Source: a virus (taxonomy: Duplodnaviria; Caudoviricetes). From it: DNA of 64,000 bases. The stretch covers positions 10,822 to 74,821 of IMG/VR virus record IMGVR_UViG_3300046786_000226. One strand, given 5' to 3'. Under the pieces are notes generated by a model. That model did no database searches, was not told the origin of the DNA, and saw only the letters and a list, made by a program, of their open reading frames with translations. Both the position numbers and the translations under genes were made by a program. The first letter of the stretch is position 1. Each line of letters begins with the position of its first letter. Shown here one piece after another: positions 52,411 to 62,871 of this stretch.

Positions 52411-54417
52411 TTATACGTATGTTAATTTAATAGTAACTATTCCAGTGTTACCTTGATAATTATTTAGGTTAGCAAATATAGTTGTGTAATCTGTGGTTAT
52501 ATATTCAGGATCCACTGTGAATATTGCATTGCCTATTAATCGACTGTCTCTGTTTTCTAATAACATTTCTTCCTGATCTGTATAGATTTCTACTAGACTT
52601 ATATCTGTGTTAAATGTAGCATTTTCGACTTCGATGCCGATGTTTATTATTTTTCTTCCTATGCTAATTGTTCCTAGCTCAATTACACTACTAGGTTTTG
52701 TTGCTAGGTTATATGAAGTTACAAGAGTTCTTGCATCTGTTGCTACGCTTCGCTCACCGCCAACTTTAGTCCATTGTTCACCATCGTATGTGTATGTTGC
52801 CCATTCTCCATTACCAGCATCTATGACATAACATTGATCGCCTACTAGTGCATTCAATGCGTCCCTGCCTGTTAAGTCAGCTACTACAGTAGTAGCACTT
52901 GAACGCAGACCTTGTTCAATGTTTAGACCCAACGCATAACGGCCGTTTTGTCCGCTTAATACACCTGCTGTATCTAAAAACTGTCCAGCAAAGTCCCTTA
53001 TAGTTAATGGGCCACCATCTAAACGCATTAATCGTAGAGCAGATGTTGTAGTGTTAGCAGGTGTGCTTTCTGGTAAACTAGATACAGAGCTTGCGCCAGC
53101 AAAGTTATTACCGTTTAAGTCTGCGCTAACATTAACAATATCAATTGCGCCACCAGCATTATGTCTTAATTTAATATCACTGCCGTTAACTACACTAGCA
53201 ATAATGTCTGTGATTTTAGCGGCATTGATATCAGCAACCATGTCATTGACATCAGCAACTGTAGGATCGCCATAGGCAGCACTACCGCTTGTGGTTGTTG
53301 TAAAATTAACTGTAGTGCCATTGATACTTGCGCTAAATGGAACATAACCAGCAACAATACCATAAGCACTACCCTGCCCTGCTACATCGCTGACTACTTC
53401 TGTAGCGGCACCTACTTTAACGGCTGTTACTTTATGTGTACTAGTTTCGGCATTGATTAAAGTAACTGCGTCATCTAATGTATATGTGCCATTGCCGCTG
53501 GCCAATGTAATTTGAGTTCTATTAATTTCGACAATATCGCCGTCATTACCGGCGGGGTCAATGCCTGTACCAGTAGTAGATGTTGTAATAGCATCTGCTA
53601 CTTTCATGTAAATTGGTCGACGACTATTATCATTAGTTGTTAAATCACCACTGCCGTCTAAGCTAGGATATAAGTAATCTCCAACTGAACCAGGTAGTCC
53701 TGGAACAAAGTCTACTATACCATTAGCTGGACGAAGAATAAATTGATCCGGTCCAGGACCCGGATATACAACTGTGCCTAAAAATCTACTAATGTTATTA
53801 GAGTTGCTCAGTGAAAACGCACCGTTTTCAATACAAATAGCATCGCCTTGTTCAAAGCCATGATTCACTTGCTCCAACAAATAATTTGTTAGTGGGTTCA
53901 TGTACTGGAAGCGACTCATTACGTTTGTAAAGAAGTCTGCGGCAGCATCTCCTGGAATAGGATCCAACATTGGGAATCCTAGTTCGTTAATTTGGAAGAA
54001 TACTACAGGACCAGGAGTACCAAACAAACCAAAGCCAGTTGGATCACGGAATGTATTATAGCGCAGTCTATCTTCTACAATAGCAGTTAGTGTATTGTTA
54101 CCCTTTTCACTGATGCTCATAATTTGACAGACTTTACCGTCTAAAGCACCTGCGACGAAATCACCTACTTCGATATCTTGAGCATTAAAACTAAATGGAG
54201 TTCTAGTTAAGTTACTACCGTGGTTTCTTTCATTGACTGTAAATGTAACTTCCCACCGATAGTACTGTGGATTACCGCCACCACTCCAATATGGATCATC
54301 TACGGCATTGGCATAAGGCCAAAGAGCTACAGTAGTAAAAGCATCAGCGGTGCCCGAAAGCACCTTTGCTGGCTTGTTTAATCCGATAAAGCTAGTTTTC
54401 CAAGCGTTGATTGTCAT
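52411..54417 (-). CDS. virion structural protein (tail/baseplate-like)
   Basis: 668 aa, Thr/Gly/Asp-rich, in the structural cluster. Confidence 0.6.
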   Translation of the reverse strand: MTINAWKTSFIGLNKPAKVLSGTADAFTTVALWPYANAVDDPYWSGGGNPQYYRWEVTFTVNERNHGSNLTRTPFSFNAQDIEVGDFVAGALDGKVCQIMSISEKGNNTLTAIVEDRLRYNTFRDPTGFGLFGTPGPVVFFQINELGFPMLDPIPGDAAADFFTNVMSRFQYMNPLTNYLLEQVNHGFEQGDAICIENGAFSLSNSNNISRFLGTVVYPGPGPDQFILRPANGIVDFVPGLPGSVGDYLYPSLDGSGDLTTNDNSRRPIYMKVADAITTSTTGTGIDPAGNDGDIVEINRTQITLASGNGTYTLDDAVTLINAETSTHKVTAVKVGAATEVVSDVAGQGSAYGIVAGYVPFSASINGTTVNFTTTTSGSAAYGDPTVADVNDMVADINAAKITDIIASVVNGSDIKLRHNAGGAIDIVNVSADLNGNNFAGASSVSSLPESTPANTTTSALRLMRLDGGPLTIRDFAGQFLDTAGVLSGQNGRYALGLNIEQGLRSSATTVVADLTGRDALNALVGDQCYVIDAGNGEWATYTYDGEQWTKVGGERSVATDARTLVTSYNLATKPSSVIELGTISIGRKIINIGIEVENATFNTDISLVEIYTDQEEMLLENRDSRLIGNAIFTVDPEYITTDYTTIFANLNNYQGNTGIVTIKLTYV

Positions 54418-54426
54418 TGTTGTCCT

Positions 54427-57400
54427 TTAAGCACTTAGTAAGAATTGAATTACGCAATGTGTTGTTTGACCTACTGCGGCTGTCGAACCTGTTAATGCCT
54501 TTGTTAAACTTAGTGTCATAGTGTTAGCACTTGCATCAAATGCGGAGAATGCACTAGGTGAACCACTTGATCCACCGCCAGCAAGTGTTCTTGCTGAATA
54601 GTCACTACCGATGCCACGTGTTACATAAACGTTACTTGCACGTTGATAACCATAAACTTGTATGTTCAACGGAGCACAACTACTGCCTGTGAATGTAAAT
54701 GTCACTGTAGCTGTTGTACTTGTTGCTGTTGCAATTACTGCGCTGATACCGCCGTCTAATACACTTACACTGGATAAGTTACCACTTGCATCGTATTCGA
54801 CTTGTACTGCGGCTTTGAATATACCCGAACTTGAACCGCCACCACCTCCACCAGAACTGATAGTTGTTGGAGCCCAAGCACTACCATTCCAAGCAAGAGC
54901 TTGTCCAGTAGTTGGGGTTGTGTTAGTAACGTCAGCAAGTTGGTTTAAGTTACTTTGACCTAAACGTGTATCAAACCGTGTACTTGTGTAATATAAATTT
55001 GAGCTACCTTCAGTGACATTGTCTGTACTTGTGTTCAATGTGAATGTACCAGTTGAACTGTTATAGCTTAAACCTGTACCAGCTGCCATGGCATTACGTG
55101 CCAATGTATTACTGAAGTATTTGTTAGTTGTACCTTCGCTTAGGTTATCAGTTGATTTGGCAGCAAGTCTTGTATCCCAACGAGAGTTAGTATAATATAA
55201 GTTGCTTGTGCCTTCACTGATATCGTCTGTGCTTAGAACAACTGAACCAGTTTTTGTGTTAACACTAGACACAGCTCCACTGCCGCCACTTACGCTACTT
55301 GGTGTCCAAGCACTACCAGTCCAAGTCAATACTTGTCCATTAGTTGGAGCCGTTGTAGCTGTGTCAACGTCTGATAGTGCGTTAATACTGGCTGCCGCAA
55401 TACGTGCGTCTGCGCGAGCATCTGCTCTAGTATTTGTAAAGTATAAGTTACTACCTTCTGTAACATAACTTGTATTAGCACGATATTTAATTTGACCAGT
55501 TGTATCATCATAACTAATCAAGCTAGTGATGTTACTGTCGCTGATAGAGCTTAATGCTAGTCTTGCTCTAGCATCTGTATAGTATTTGTTTGTACCTTCA
55601 GTAACGTCGTTGGTTGTAACACCACTGATAGCAGTAGTAATACTAACGTTGCCGCTACCATCGAAACTTGTTAAACCAGTAACTTTACCAGTTAAGCTAA
55701 TGTTTCTTGCTGTTGTTAGTTTATTAGCTTTGTTAGATAAGTCAACTTCAAAGTTATAACCTGGCTGTGTTGTACTAGATAAACCATATATTTGTACACT
55801 ACCACTGGTGCCATTAACTGTGTAACTTGTTCCTTGTGGTCCCGTAGCACCTGTAGCGCCTGTTTCGCCCGTGTCGCCTTTATCGCCCTTGGCTCCTGTA
55901 GCGCCTGTACTGCCTTGTGGACCAACAACATAACCTGCGTTGATTGTTGTACCGTCTGTTAATGTAACTTGTAGGTAACCACTACTGTCAACTACAACAC
56001 CACTGTTGGCGATACTACGACCAGCTGGACCTTGTACACCCTGTGCGCCTTGAGGACCGATAACGCTGCCAGCATTAATTTGACTAGCATCATCTAATGT
56101 AATCTGTAAATTGCCATCACCGTCAACTACTGCTTGATATACACTGATACCACGGTCACCTTTAGTACCCGTTGCGCCTGTAGCACCTGTGGCGCCTTGA
56201 TCGCCCTTTGGACCAATTACACTACCAGCATCAACAGTTGAGCTGTCTGTTTTTGTAATAATTAAATGACCGCTACCATTTACAGTAGCACTACTGAATC
56301 CAACGCCCGCGGCGCCTGTTGCGCCTGTAGCGCCTGTAGATCCTGTTGCGCCTGTAGCGCCTGTAGCACCTTGTGGACCAACTACGCTACCTGCGTTGAT
56401 TGTTGAGTTATCTTGTTTTGTTAATATTAATTCACCGTTGCCGTTTACTGTAGCAGTTTTGATACCGGATACATTGCCAGCATCAACTACTGTGTTGTCG
56501 CTGAGTGTTAATTGTAAACGTCCTGCTAGTGTAACTGTGGCAGAACTAATAGTTAAGCCTGGCTCGCCCTGCGGACCTTGAGCACCAGTATCACCTTTTT
56601 CACCTGCGTTAGCAACTGGAACCCATGCAGTACCACTCCACCCTAATATCTGCCCAGCACTTACGCTAGATGCGTTAACATCGGCAAAAGAGTTAATACT
56701 TGTTGCGCTTGGAAGAGCGGCAATAGTATCGTCGACATATTTCTTAGTTGCGGCTTGTAAATCTGCTGTAGGAGCACTGGCCAATGTTAATGTACCAGTC
56801 ATTGTGCCGCCAGTCTTTAGCAATACATCTGCGGCAAAGTTTGGATTATCAGCTAGTGCCGCTGCCAATTCATTTAATGTGTTTAGTAATGTAGGAGCAC
56901 CATCGACGATGTTACTGATTTGATTGTTTACATAAGTTTGTGTAGCATAACCATTTGTAGTTAAGTAATTACCCAATGCTGTCAAGTCGATGCCGCCAGA
57001 GCCGCCACTAACTGCGCTGATAACGCCATTGCCATCAATTACGATTGTTGTGCCGTCAATTTTAACGCCACCTTTAGTTACTGTACTTGCTGTTGGTAAT
57101 GTATAAGTCCCGCCACCAGAACCGCCACCGCTGTTTGCGATAGCTTCATCAACATAAGCTTGTGTAGCAAATATACTTAAATCTGGACCTGCTACTGTTA
57201 CAATATCGCCATCTAAGCTAACTGTTAAATTCTCAAAGTTAAAGTTTTGTACATCGCCTTGGTTAACACCATTATCATAGATACGGATGTGATCCATTAA
57301 TCCCTGTATAGTTGCCGTACCATTATTAATAGCAACGCTACCTCCAACAAAGTCTAATGTAGTAGCAACGCCACGAGTCGCACCATTTTCTTTAACAGCG

Positions 57401-57690
57401 ATACCGGAAAGTCCGCCGCCACTTCCGCCACCATCAGCTACAACATTAAATGTTAGCTTACCAGTAGCATCATCGTAGTTACTAACCAAACGCAGACTTA
57501 CTTGACTGCCATCTGGATCTACTTCTAGCATTTCTGCTACAGTATCTTGAATTGTTTCTGTACTAGTTGAGCTAGGAGCATTGATAAACGCACCTGAGGC
57601 CTCATCCCATACTAGACTTTCGCCTTCTTGCGGATTATTAAGTGTTACTGGAAGTTCTCCGCTGCCCAGATTGTTTACATAGATTGCCAT
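54427..57690 (-). CDS. long tail fibre-like protein with collagen and several repeat modules
   Basis: GATGATG/GPQG triplets, 5x beta-hairpin module, 5x TxxxxEG.N.Y[YF] module, 3x DV...GQ.L.W.G..W.P module. Confidence 0.85.
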   Translation of the reverse strand: MAIYVNNLGSGELPVTLNNPQEGESLVWDEASGAFINAPSSTSTETIQDTVAEMLEVDPDGSQVSLRLVSNYDDATGKLTFNVVADGGGSGGGLSGIAVKENGATRGVATTLDFVGGSVAINNGTATIQGLMDHIRIYDNGVNQGDVQNFNFENLTVSLDGDIVTVAGPDLSIFATQAYVDEAIANSGGGSGGGTYTLPTASTVTKGGVKIDGTTIVIDGNGVISAVSGGSGGIDLTALGNYLTTNGYATQTYVNNQISNIVDGAPTLLNTLNELAAALADNPNFAADVLLKTGGTMTGTLTLASAPTADLQAATKKYVDDTIAALPSATSINSFADVNASSVSAGQILGWSGTAWVPVANAGEKGDTGAQGPQGEPGLTISSATVTLAGRLQLTLSDNTVVDAGNVSGIKTATVNGNGELILTKQDNSTINAGSVVGPQGATGATGATGSTGATGATGAAGVGFSSATVNGSGHLIITKTDSSTVDAGSVIGPKGDQGATGATGATGTKGDRGISVYQAVVDGDGNLQITLDDASQINAGSVIGPQGAQGVQGPAGRSIANSGVVVDSSGYLQVTLTDGTTINAGYVVGPQGSTGATGAKGDKGDTGETGATGATGPQGTSYTVNGTSGSVQIYGLSSTTQPGYNFEVDLSNKANKLTTARNISLTGKVTGLTSFDGSGNVSITTAISGVTTNDVTEGTNKYYTDARARLALSSISDSNITSLISYDDTTGQIKYRANTSYVTEGSNLYFTNTRADARADARIAAASINALSDVDTATTAPTNGQVLTWTGSAWTPSSVSGGSGAVSSVNTKTGSVVLSTDDISEGTSNLYYTNSRWDTRLAAKSTDNLSEGTTNKYFSNTLARNAMAAGTGLSYNSSTGTFTLNTSTDNVTEGSSNLYYTSTRFDTRLGQSNLNQLADVTNTTPTTGQALAWNGSAWAPTTISSGGGGGGSSSGIFKAAVQVEYDASGNLSSVSVLDGGISAVIATATSTTATVTFTFTGSSCAPLNIQVYGYQRASNVYVTRGIGSDYSARTLAGGGSSGSPSAFSAFDASANTMTLSLTKALTGSTAAVGQTTHCVIQFLLSA
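55820..56600 (-). repeat. collagen triplets alternating with 5 xxVxxxGxLxxTxxDxxxxxAGxV modules (boundaries approximate)
   Basis: Visible in the translation and as gcgcctgtagc repeats in DNA. Confidence 0.8.
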
Positions 57691-57693
57691 TGT

Positions 57694-58053
57694 TTATATA
57701 CTCAACATAACTTTAGTGATATCGCCTACTGGTGATGTCGTATTTAAATATTCACGTTCCTTACGGAATCTTACTAACACAAAATTACCTTGGAAGGTAA
57801 ATGCTTCTGTACCTGTTTTAGGTGTATTAAATTCCTTGTAAGCATGACTAGGTGTTAGCCAAATTGGGAACCAATCTCTGGGTCCAGGATCTAACTCTAG
57901 TGTTGCTTCAATTTGAATCTTACCAAGAAATTGGTTAAATTGTATAGCCATAGTATGTACGCCATCTCTATAACCATAATAACCGTCGCCACGAACAGCA
58001 TCGCTTAGTTGATCGTTTTGCCCGTTACCAATCATCATAGTAACATTGCTCAT
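57694..58053 (-). CDS. hypothetical structural-cluster protein
   Basis: Likely start MSNVTM just after the upstream stop. Confidence 0.65.
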   Translation of the reverse strand: MSNVTMMIGNGQNDQLSDAVRGDGYYGYRDGVHTMAIQFNQFLGKIQIEATLELDPGPRDWFPIWLTPSHAYKEFNTPKTGTEAFTFQGNFVLVRFRKEREYLNTTSPVGDITKVMLSI

Positions 58054-58054
58054 A

Positions 58055-58228
58055 TTAGTTGCCATCTTTTATAACCTCAACAACTATTGCATCGCCTACT
58101 AGTTCCTGCGCTACTTGTTCAAGTGCGGCTTGTACTTCTGTGCCTGCAATATCAGTACCAGCAGATTCGCTGTCCTTTACAATTTTGCTGAATTTAATTA
58201 TTAGTATGTCTTCGACTATTTTAGCCAT
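58055..58228 (-). CDS. small hypothetical protein, missed by the ORF track
   Basis: Manual translation MAKIVEDILIIKFSKIVKD...VEVIKDGN (57 aa) with GGAG RBS and upstream CTAAATA (58248-58253). Confidence 0.7.
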   Translation of the reverse strand: MAKIVEDILIIKFSKIVKDSESAGTDIAGTEVQAALEQVAQELVGDAIVVEVIKDGN

Positions 58229-58259
58229 GTTTGTTCTCCGTTAGTAATATTTAGCCAAA

Positions 58260-58291
58260 AAGAAAGGCGTAACCGAAATTACGCCTTTCTT
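58260..58291 (-). terminator. rho-independent terminator
   Basis: 13-bp stem AAGAAAGGCGTAA/TTACGCCTTTCTT followed by a T-run on the minus strand. Confidence 0.8.
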
Positions 58292-58312
58292 GATTTTAAT
58301 TAATTAAACTAA

Positions 58313-58678
58313 TTAATCATCCCAAACCATGCTATTTCCGTTAAATGCGGCATAATAAACATAAGAGCTTTCACCGGTAGCAGAATCAATGGCAGCTTGT
58401 AAATTACTATTTCTGCCACTAGTAGCACCTGGATTACGTCCTGGGCAGGTATTGCTTACTACTGCAAATGTAAAGTATCGACCATTTGGACGACCAACCA
58501 TGTACAAAGTAGCTACAAGTTGAATACCACGAACTGCTTTAGAATACAAGCTGTCACTTGCTTCCCAATCAATTTCACCTTCAACGTCTGCGCCTACGTC
58601 AACAACGTAGAAATCTAAAGCTGGAGTACCAAATGTTGTACTTGGTGCTGTTCTTTGCCAGTTATCTGAAATTGCCAT
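58313..58678 (-). CDS. hypothetical (probably late/virion) protein
   Basis: 121 aa, AAGGA RBS, TAAATA at 58729-58734, own terminator. Confidence 0.7.
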   Translation of the reverse strand: MAISDNWQRTAPSTTFGTPALDFYVVDVGADVEGEIDWEASDSLYSKAVRGIQLVATLYMVGRPNGRYFTFAVVSNTCPGRNPGATSGRNSNLQAAIDSATGESSYVYYAAFNGNSMVWDD

Positions 58679-58746
58679 AATAATATTTCCTTATTCTTTA
58701 ACTACCACTATGTGTAGTATGTTAATGATATTTATCCAAAGATCAC

Positions 58747-59433
58747 TTATAAACTGCTAATAAGCACCGCTTCTTCAATCTTTTGGATATCGTTGTTAAA
58801 TCTAAGTTGGAACATCATTAAATCACTGGGATCATCTAGATAAACAGCCGCAGTCCAGCCTATTCCTCTGCTGAGATTGGTTGTGTAAAAAAAGCGATCC
58901 AATGTAGAGTTTAACCCATAGTTTGCGACATTTTCTAGATACAGTTTAACATCATTGTATCTAGATTCTCTTAGGGCATAGTCGCATTTCAAATAAACTT
59001 TGAATTTAAACTGTTTATCAAACAATGTATTTCTGACAACCACAGCACGATGGCGGTCTAATACATCACTGTGATTGGAATTTATTGGCATTTGTATTTG
59101 ATAAAAATGCTGTGGAAGTTGACTCATTATAGCATTTAGATCAGTGACATCATTAGTAAAAATACTTAGATGTCGGCCTTCTGCTCGCAGTCTATAATCA
59201 TCATTGACAATGATTTTTTTAACATCTTTAACTAATTGGCCCAACAATTCAAATCTGTTTGTATAAGAATTATACCTGCTCCAAGTAGGACGAAAGGCTG
59301 AAGCAATTTTAGTTGCTTTAACCTTAGACTCATCAATTTTTAAAACTAATTTACAAAAATACTTGTCGTAGAATTTTTTGCTAATATGTTTAGGTTCATG
59401 GCGTCCGGGTAATTGTAGTTTATCGAAGTTCAT
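58747..59433 (-). CDS. hypothetical phage protein
   Basis: Likely start MNFDKLQ overlapping the clpA end. Confidence 0.65.
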   Translation of the reverse strand: MNFDKLQLPGRHEPKHISKKFYDKYFCKLVLKIDESKVKATKIASAFRPTWSRYNSYTNRFELLGQLVKDVKKIIVNDDYRLRAEGRHLSIFTNDVTDLNAIMSQLPQHFYQIQMPINSNHSDVLDRHRAVVVRNTLFDKQFKFKVYLKCDYALRESRYNDVKLYLENVANYGLNSTLDRFFYTTNLSRGIGWTAAVYLDDPSDLMMFQLRFNNDIQKIEEAVLISSL

Positions 59434-61618
59434 AGTCTTGCCCATTGTGATGTACTACCAATGTACAATCTCTTAGATTTTCAAATACAATACGCTTACT
59501 TAATGGCTTTTTAATTTTGTCAGAGATCAAACGTTTCATAGGTCTAGCACCCATCTTTTCGTCGAATCCTTCTTCAATTAATTTAGACAAAGCAGATTCT
59601 TCAACTCCAATTTTAATTCCTTTTTGTGCCAACAAATCATTAAGTTCGTCAATAAACTTTGTAGCAATAGGACGAACTTGTTCTTTGTCCAATCTATTAA
59701 ATTCAATAATAGAATCTAAACGATTGCGGAACTCTGGAGTAAAATGTTTGTTAACTGCGTCATAACTAGCAGACTTATTAGGACTATTATCAAATCCAAT
59801 GCGACTGCGTTCACCATCTCTAGCACCTAAGTTACTGGTCATAATAAGAATAATATTACGACAGCTTACAGTTTTACCATTGCTACTTGTTAGCATACCA
59901 TTATCCATAACACCTAGCAAGATATTAAGAACGTCGGGGTGAGCTTTTTCAACTTCATCTAACAACAGAATAGCACTAGGGTTTTGTTCCAAATCATTGA
60001 TAAGTTTACCACCACCAGCGCCACCTTCTCCATAGCCAACATAGCCAGGAGGAGCGCCAATCAAGCTGGCAACTTTATGACTTTCCATATACTCGCCCAT
60101 GTCATAGCGTAGCAATGTCATACCCAAGTTATTGGCAAGTTGTTGTGCTAGTTCTGTTTTACCTACACCAGTTGGACCAACAAACAAGTAACTGCCCATT
60201 GGTTTAGTTAGATCTTTAAGTCCAGCTTTGGCAATATAAACGCTGTCCAGCAGTTTATCAACAGCTTGATCTTGTCCAAAAACTTTCTTCTTAATCTGTG
60301 TTTCATAGTCTAGATTAACTGCTTCTTGTTCAGTGTTCAATTGTTCAAGCGGAACTTTAGCTTGTTTGCTGATTTCATGCTTGACATCTTCTAATGTTAA
60401 GAAGTTTTCAATCTTTTCAACTTTCATCAATGCCATGGCACTGTCTAGAATATCAATAGCTTTGTCTGGCAAAAACTTATCATGCATGTGTTTGACTGTT
60501 AGATCTACAACTGCGTCAATTGCTGTCATTTCAACTTCGATACCATGATACTTTTCGTATTCAGGCATAATACAATGTAGCATGTTCTTACAATCTTCGG
60601 CACTCATTTCTTTAACATCTAGCTTGGTAAAGCGACGAGCAAGAGCACGTTCTGGTTCGATAGTTTCGCGATATTCTTCGTAGGTTGTTGAGCCAATAAT
60701 TTGTACACGCCCGCGAGTTAATGCCGGCTTAATTAAATTAGCCATGTCCATGGCACTATTACTACCAGCACCTGCACCAACTACAGTATGAATTTCGTCA
60801 ATGAACAAAATAGCATTATCACGCTTTTCTAGAATGTCAATAACTTGTTTAATACGCTCTTCAAAATCACCACGGTATTTTGTACCAGCCATTAAACTTC
60901 CCATATCCAAACTATAAATGATACAGTCTTTGATAGTATGCGGAACTTTGTCTTCGATGATTCTACGAGCAAGGCCTTCTACGATATGTGTTTTACCTAC
61001 ACCTGGCTCACCAACTAGAATAGCATTACGCTTTTTACGACGAGCGAGAATTTGTGTAAGTGAATCTACTTCTTTGTTTCGGCCGATTAGAGGATCAATT
61101 CTACTTGCTTTGGCTTCTTCATTTAGGTTGACACAGAATTCATTGAGTAGTCGTTCTGCCACAGCTTCTGCTTTATTGCTTGCAGGTTTAACATTTTTAC
61201 CTAGAATTTCTAGGAACGTTTCTTTCGTAACTCCATGCTGTGCCAAATAATAGCAAGCATGGCTATTACGTTCGCTGAGGATACTTAACATCATATCCTG
61301 ACTGGCAATGCCACCTCTGCCATTGAACAGAGCTTGTGTAAATGCACGATTAAATGCTCGCTCTAGTGTCTGTGTTTTACGTGGCTTAGTCAAGCCCTGT
61401 ACAATTAGATAATCTTGGCTAGCTAAGAAGTTATTAATATCTTCTACAATTGGTTCTACATGAACACCCATTGTTGAAAGAAAATCTATAATTTCTTTAT
61501 TTTCTAACATAACCAATGTTAGATGTTCTAGTGTAACGTATTCGTGTTCTTTGTTCAAAGCTAGTCTAAAAGCTTTTTCAAGAATTTCGTTAATCGGTTG
61601 ATTGTCTTCCATTGGCAT
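59420..61618 (-). CDS. clpA: ATP-dependent Clp protease ATP-binding subunit ClpA
   Basis: N-domain HEYVTLEHL; NBD1 GEPGVGKT, LFIDEIH, LARRF; NBD2 GPTGVGKTE, GAPPGYVG, LLDEVEKAH, PEFRNRLD, GARP; no ClpB middle coil. Confidence 0.93.
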   Translation of the reverse strand: MPMEDNQPINEILEKAFRLALNKEHEYVTLEHLTLVMLENKEIIDFLSTMGVHVEPIVEDINNFLASQDYLIVQGLTKPRKTQTLERAFNRAFTQALFNGRGGIASQDMMLSILSERNSHACYYLAQHGVTKETFLEILGKNVKPASNKAEAVAERLLNEFCVNLNEEAKASRIDPLIGRNKEVDSLTQILARRKKRNAILVGEPGVGKTHIVEGLARRIIEDKVPHTIKDCIIYSLDMGSLMAGTKYRGDFEERIKQVIDILEKRDNAILFIDEIHTVVGAGAGSNSAMDMANLIKPALTRGRVQIIGSTTYEEYRETIEPERALARRFTKLDVKEMSAEDCKNMLHCIMPEYEKYHGIEVEMTAIDAVVDLTVKHMHDKFLPDKAIDILDSAMALMKVEKIENFLTLEDVKHEISKQAKVPLEQLNTEQEAVNLDYETQIKKKVFGQDQAVDKLLDSVYIAKAGLKDLTKPMGSYLFVGPTGVGKTELAQQLANNLGMTLLRYDMGEYMESHKVASLIGAPPGYVGYGEGGAGGGKLINDLEQNPSAILLLDEVEKAHPDVLNILLGVMDNGMLTSSNGKTVSCRNIILIMTSNLGARDGERSRIGFDNSPNKSASYDAVNKHFTPEFRNRLDSIIEFNRLDKEQVRPIATKFIDELNDLLAQKGIKIGVEESALSKLIEEGFDEKMGARPMKRLISDKIKKPLSKRIVFENLRDCTLVVHHNGQDYELR

Positions 61619-61642
61619 ATTTTACTTCCTTTAATATAGCCT

Positions 61643-61671
61643 AGTATAGCAATTTAATAACAGTTTGTCAA
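61643..61671 (-). promoter_or_regulatory. sigma70 promoter for clpA
   Basis: TTGACA-N17-TATACT. Confidence 0.8.
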
Positions 61672-61932
61672 TTAAAAGCCTAACCAATTCTTAGGTTGTT
61701 GGATAACAATGTCTTTTTTATTGCGCTGTATTTCTTGCAATGCTTCGATGGCTTTAACTTTTACTTCTCGTTCTGGGCTTTTGGATAATTCCACTAATGC
61801 TGCAATTCGAGCAGTTTCAGATACTGTAGCATCTCTGCTCACTGATTTTTGTGCTTCAAGATATATGCCATAATTATTAGTAGAAGCGCAACCTGCTACT
61901 AATAATACACTGGCTAAGATTAGATATTTCAT
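61672..61932 (-). CDS. small lipoprotein
   Basis: Start moved to MKYLILASVLLVAGC (lipobox). Confidence 0.7.
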   Translation of the reverse strand: MKYLILASVLLVAGCASTNNYGIYLEAQKSVSRDATVSETARIAALVELSKSPEREVKVKAIEALQEIQRNKKDIVIQQPKNWLGF

Positions 61933-62192
61933 TTTACAGTTTCGTAAATTTTCTTTTGTTCGTTGTACCATTTGTTCCATCCGTCATTTTTTAGACTGCA
62001 TTCATAGTACATATTATAGTTGGTAATTACAGATTTAAGCAAGTCTGTGATTGCCACTTTGTCGCCTTCGATTTGTTTAAGATCCGGGCATTTTTCTTTT
62101 AGTTCTGGAATAGCTTCTGGAAACTTTTGTTTGATTGGAACTGCTGTACAACCTGCTAATGTCAATGCAATAATAAGTGTTAGATATTTCAT
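61929..62192 (-). CDS. o-spanin-like (Rz1-like) lipoprotein
   Basis: LAGC lipobox; Pro-rich FPEAIPELKEKCPDL; further Cys. Confidence 0.65.
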   Translation of the reverse strand: MKYLTLIIALTLAGCTAVPIKQKFPEAIPELKEKCPDLKQIEGDKVAITDLLKSVITNYNMYYECSLKNDGWNKWYNEQKKIYETVK

Positions 62193-62650
62193 TGCTTAAC
62201 TCCTTTGGCAGCTTCGTTGATTTGATCGATTATAGTTTTAGGAACAGGGCAGTTTTCGATGTACTTGATAACTTCCTTGTCCTTGACTATTTCACGGTCA
62301 ACATATTCGATTTGTGTCTTTGCTCGTTCTTTTACTACTTTGACTTTTTCAACTACTTCCGTTTTGATAACTGTGTTAGTGTCTGCGCTTTTTGCTTCAG
62401 CTACTTTAACTTGCTCTTCTAATTCTCTAATTTTTGCTTGCCATTTTTCTTCGTTGGCAATAACACCATAAAAATAAACGCCGATTAGAACTGCTACAAC
62501 ACCGCCTACTCTTAGAGGAATTTTATATTGCTTGACAAAAGGAATCTTGCCCAACAAGTAACTTGCTATAACGGACAGCACACCCGCCCAAAGCAACAAT
62601 GTCCAGAATATATCTGGAATTAGATTTATCATCCATATCAATTGACTCAT
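62189..62650 (-). CDS. i-spanin-like (Rz-like) membrane protein
   Basis: N-terminal TM segments, coiled coil, C-terminal CPVP; directly upstream of the lipoprotein. Confidence 0.65.
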   Translation of the reverse strand: MSQLIWMINLIPDIFWTLLLWAGVLSVIASYLLGKIPFVKQYKIPLRVGGVVAVLIGVYFYGVIANEEKWQAKIRELEEQVKVAEAKSADTNTVIKTEVVEKVKVVKERAKTQIEYVDREIVKDKEVIKYIENCPVPKTIIDQINEAAKGVKQ

Positions 62651-62871
62651 GATTTATACCTAAATGTAATGCGACCTTTCGTTAGGTCGTATGGCGTGAG
62701 TTCTATCTCAACCATGTCATACTTTAATATGTTTATGTTATGTTTTCTGATTTTTCCGGATATAGTTGCTAAAACAATCTTTTTTACGTCATCTAGCTCT
62801 ACTTTGAATGTGGCGTTTGGTAAACATTCAACCACACGCCCTTTGATTTTGATTAGGTCTTCTTTGCTCAT
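62647..62871 (-). CDS. infA: translation initiation factor IF-1
   Basis: [26 protein letters not shown]...SGKIR...[17 protein letters not shown]. Confidence 0.93.
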   Translation of the reverse strand: MSKEDLIKIKGRVVECLPNATFKVELDDVKKIVLATISGKIRKHNINILKYDMVEIELTPYDLTKGRITFRYKS

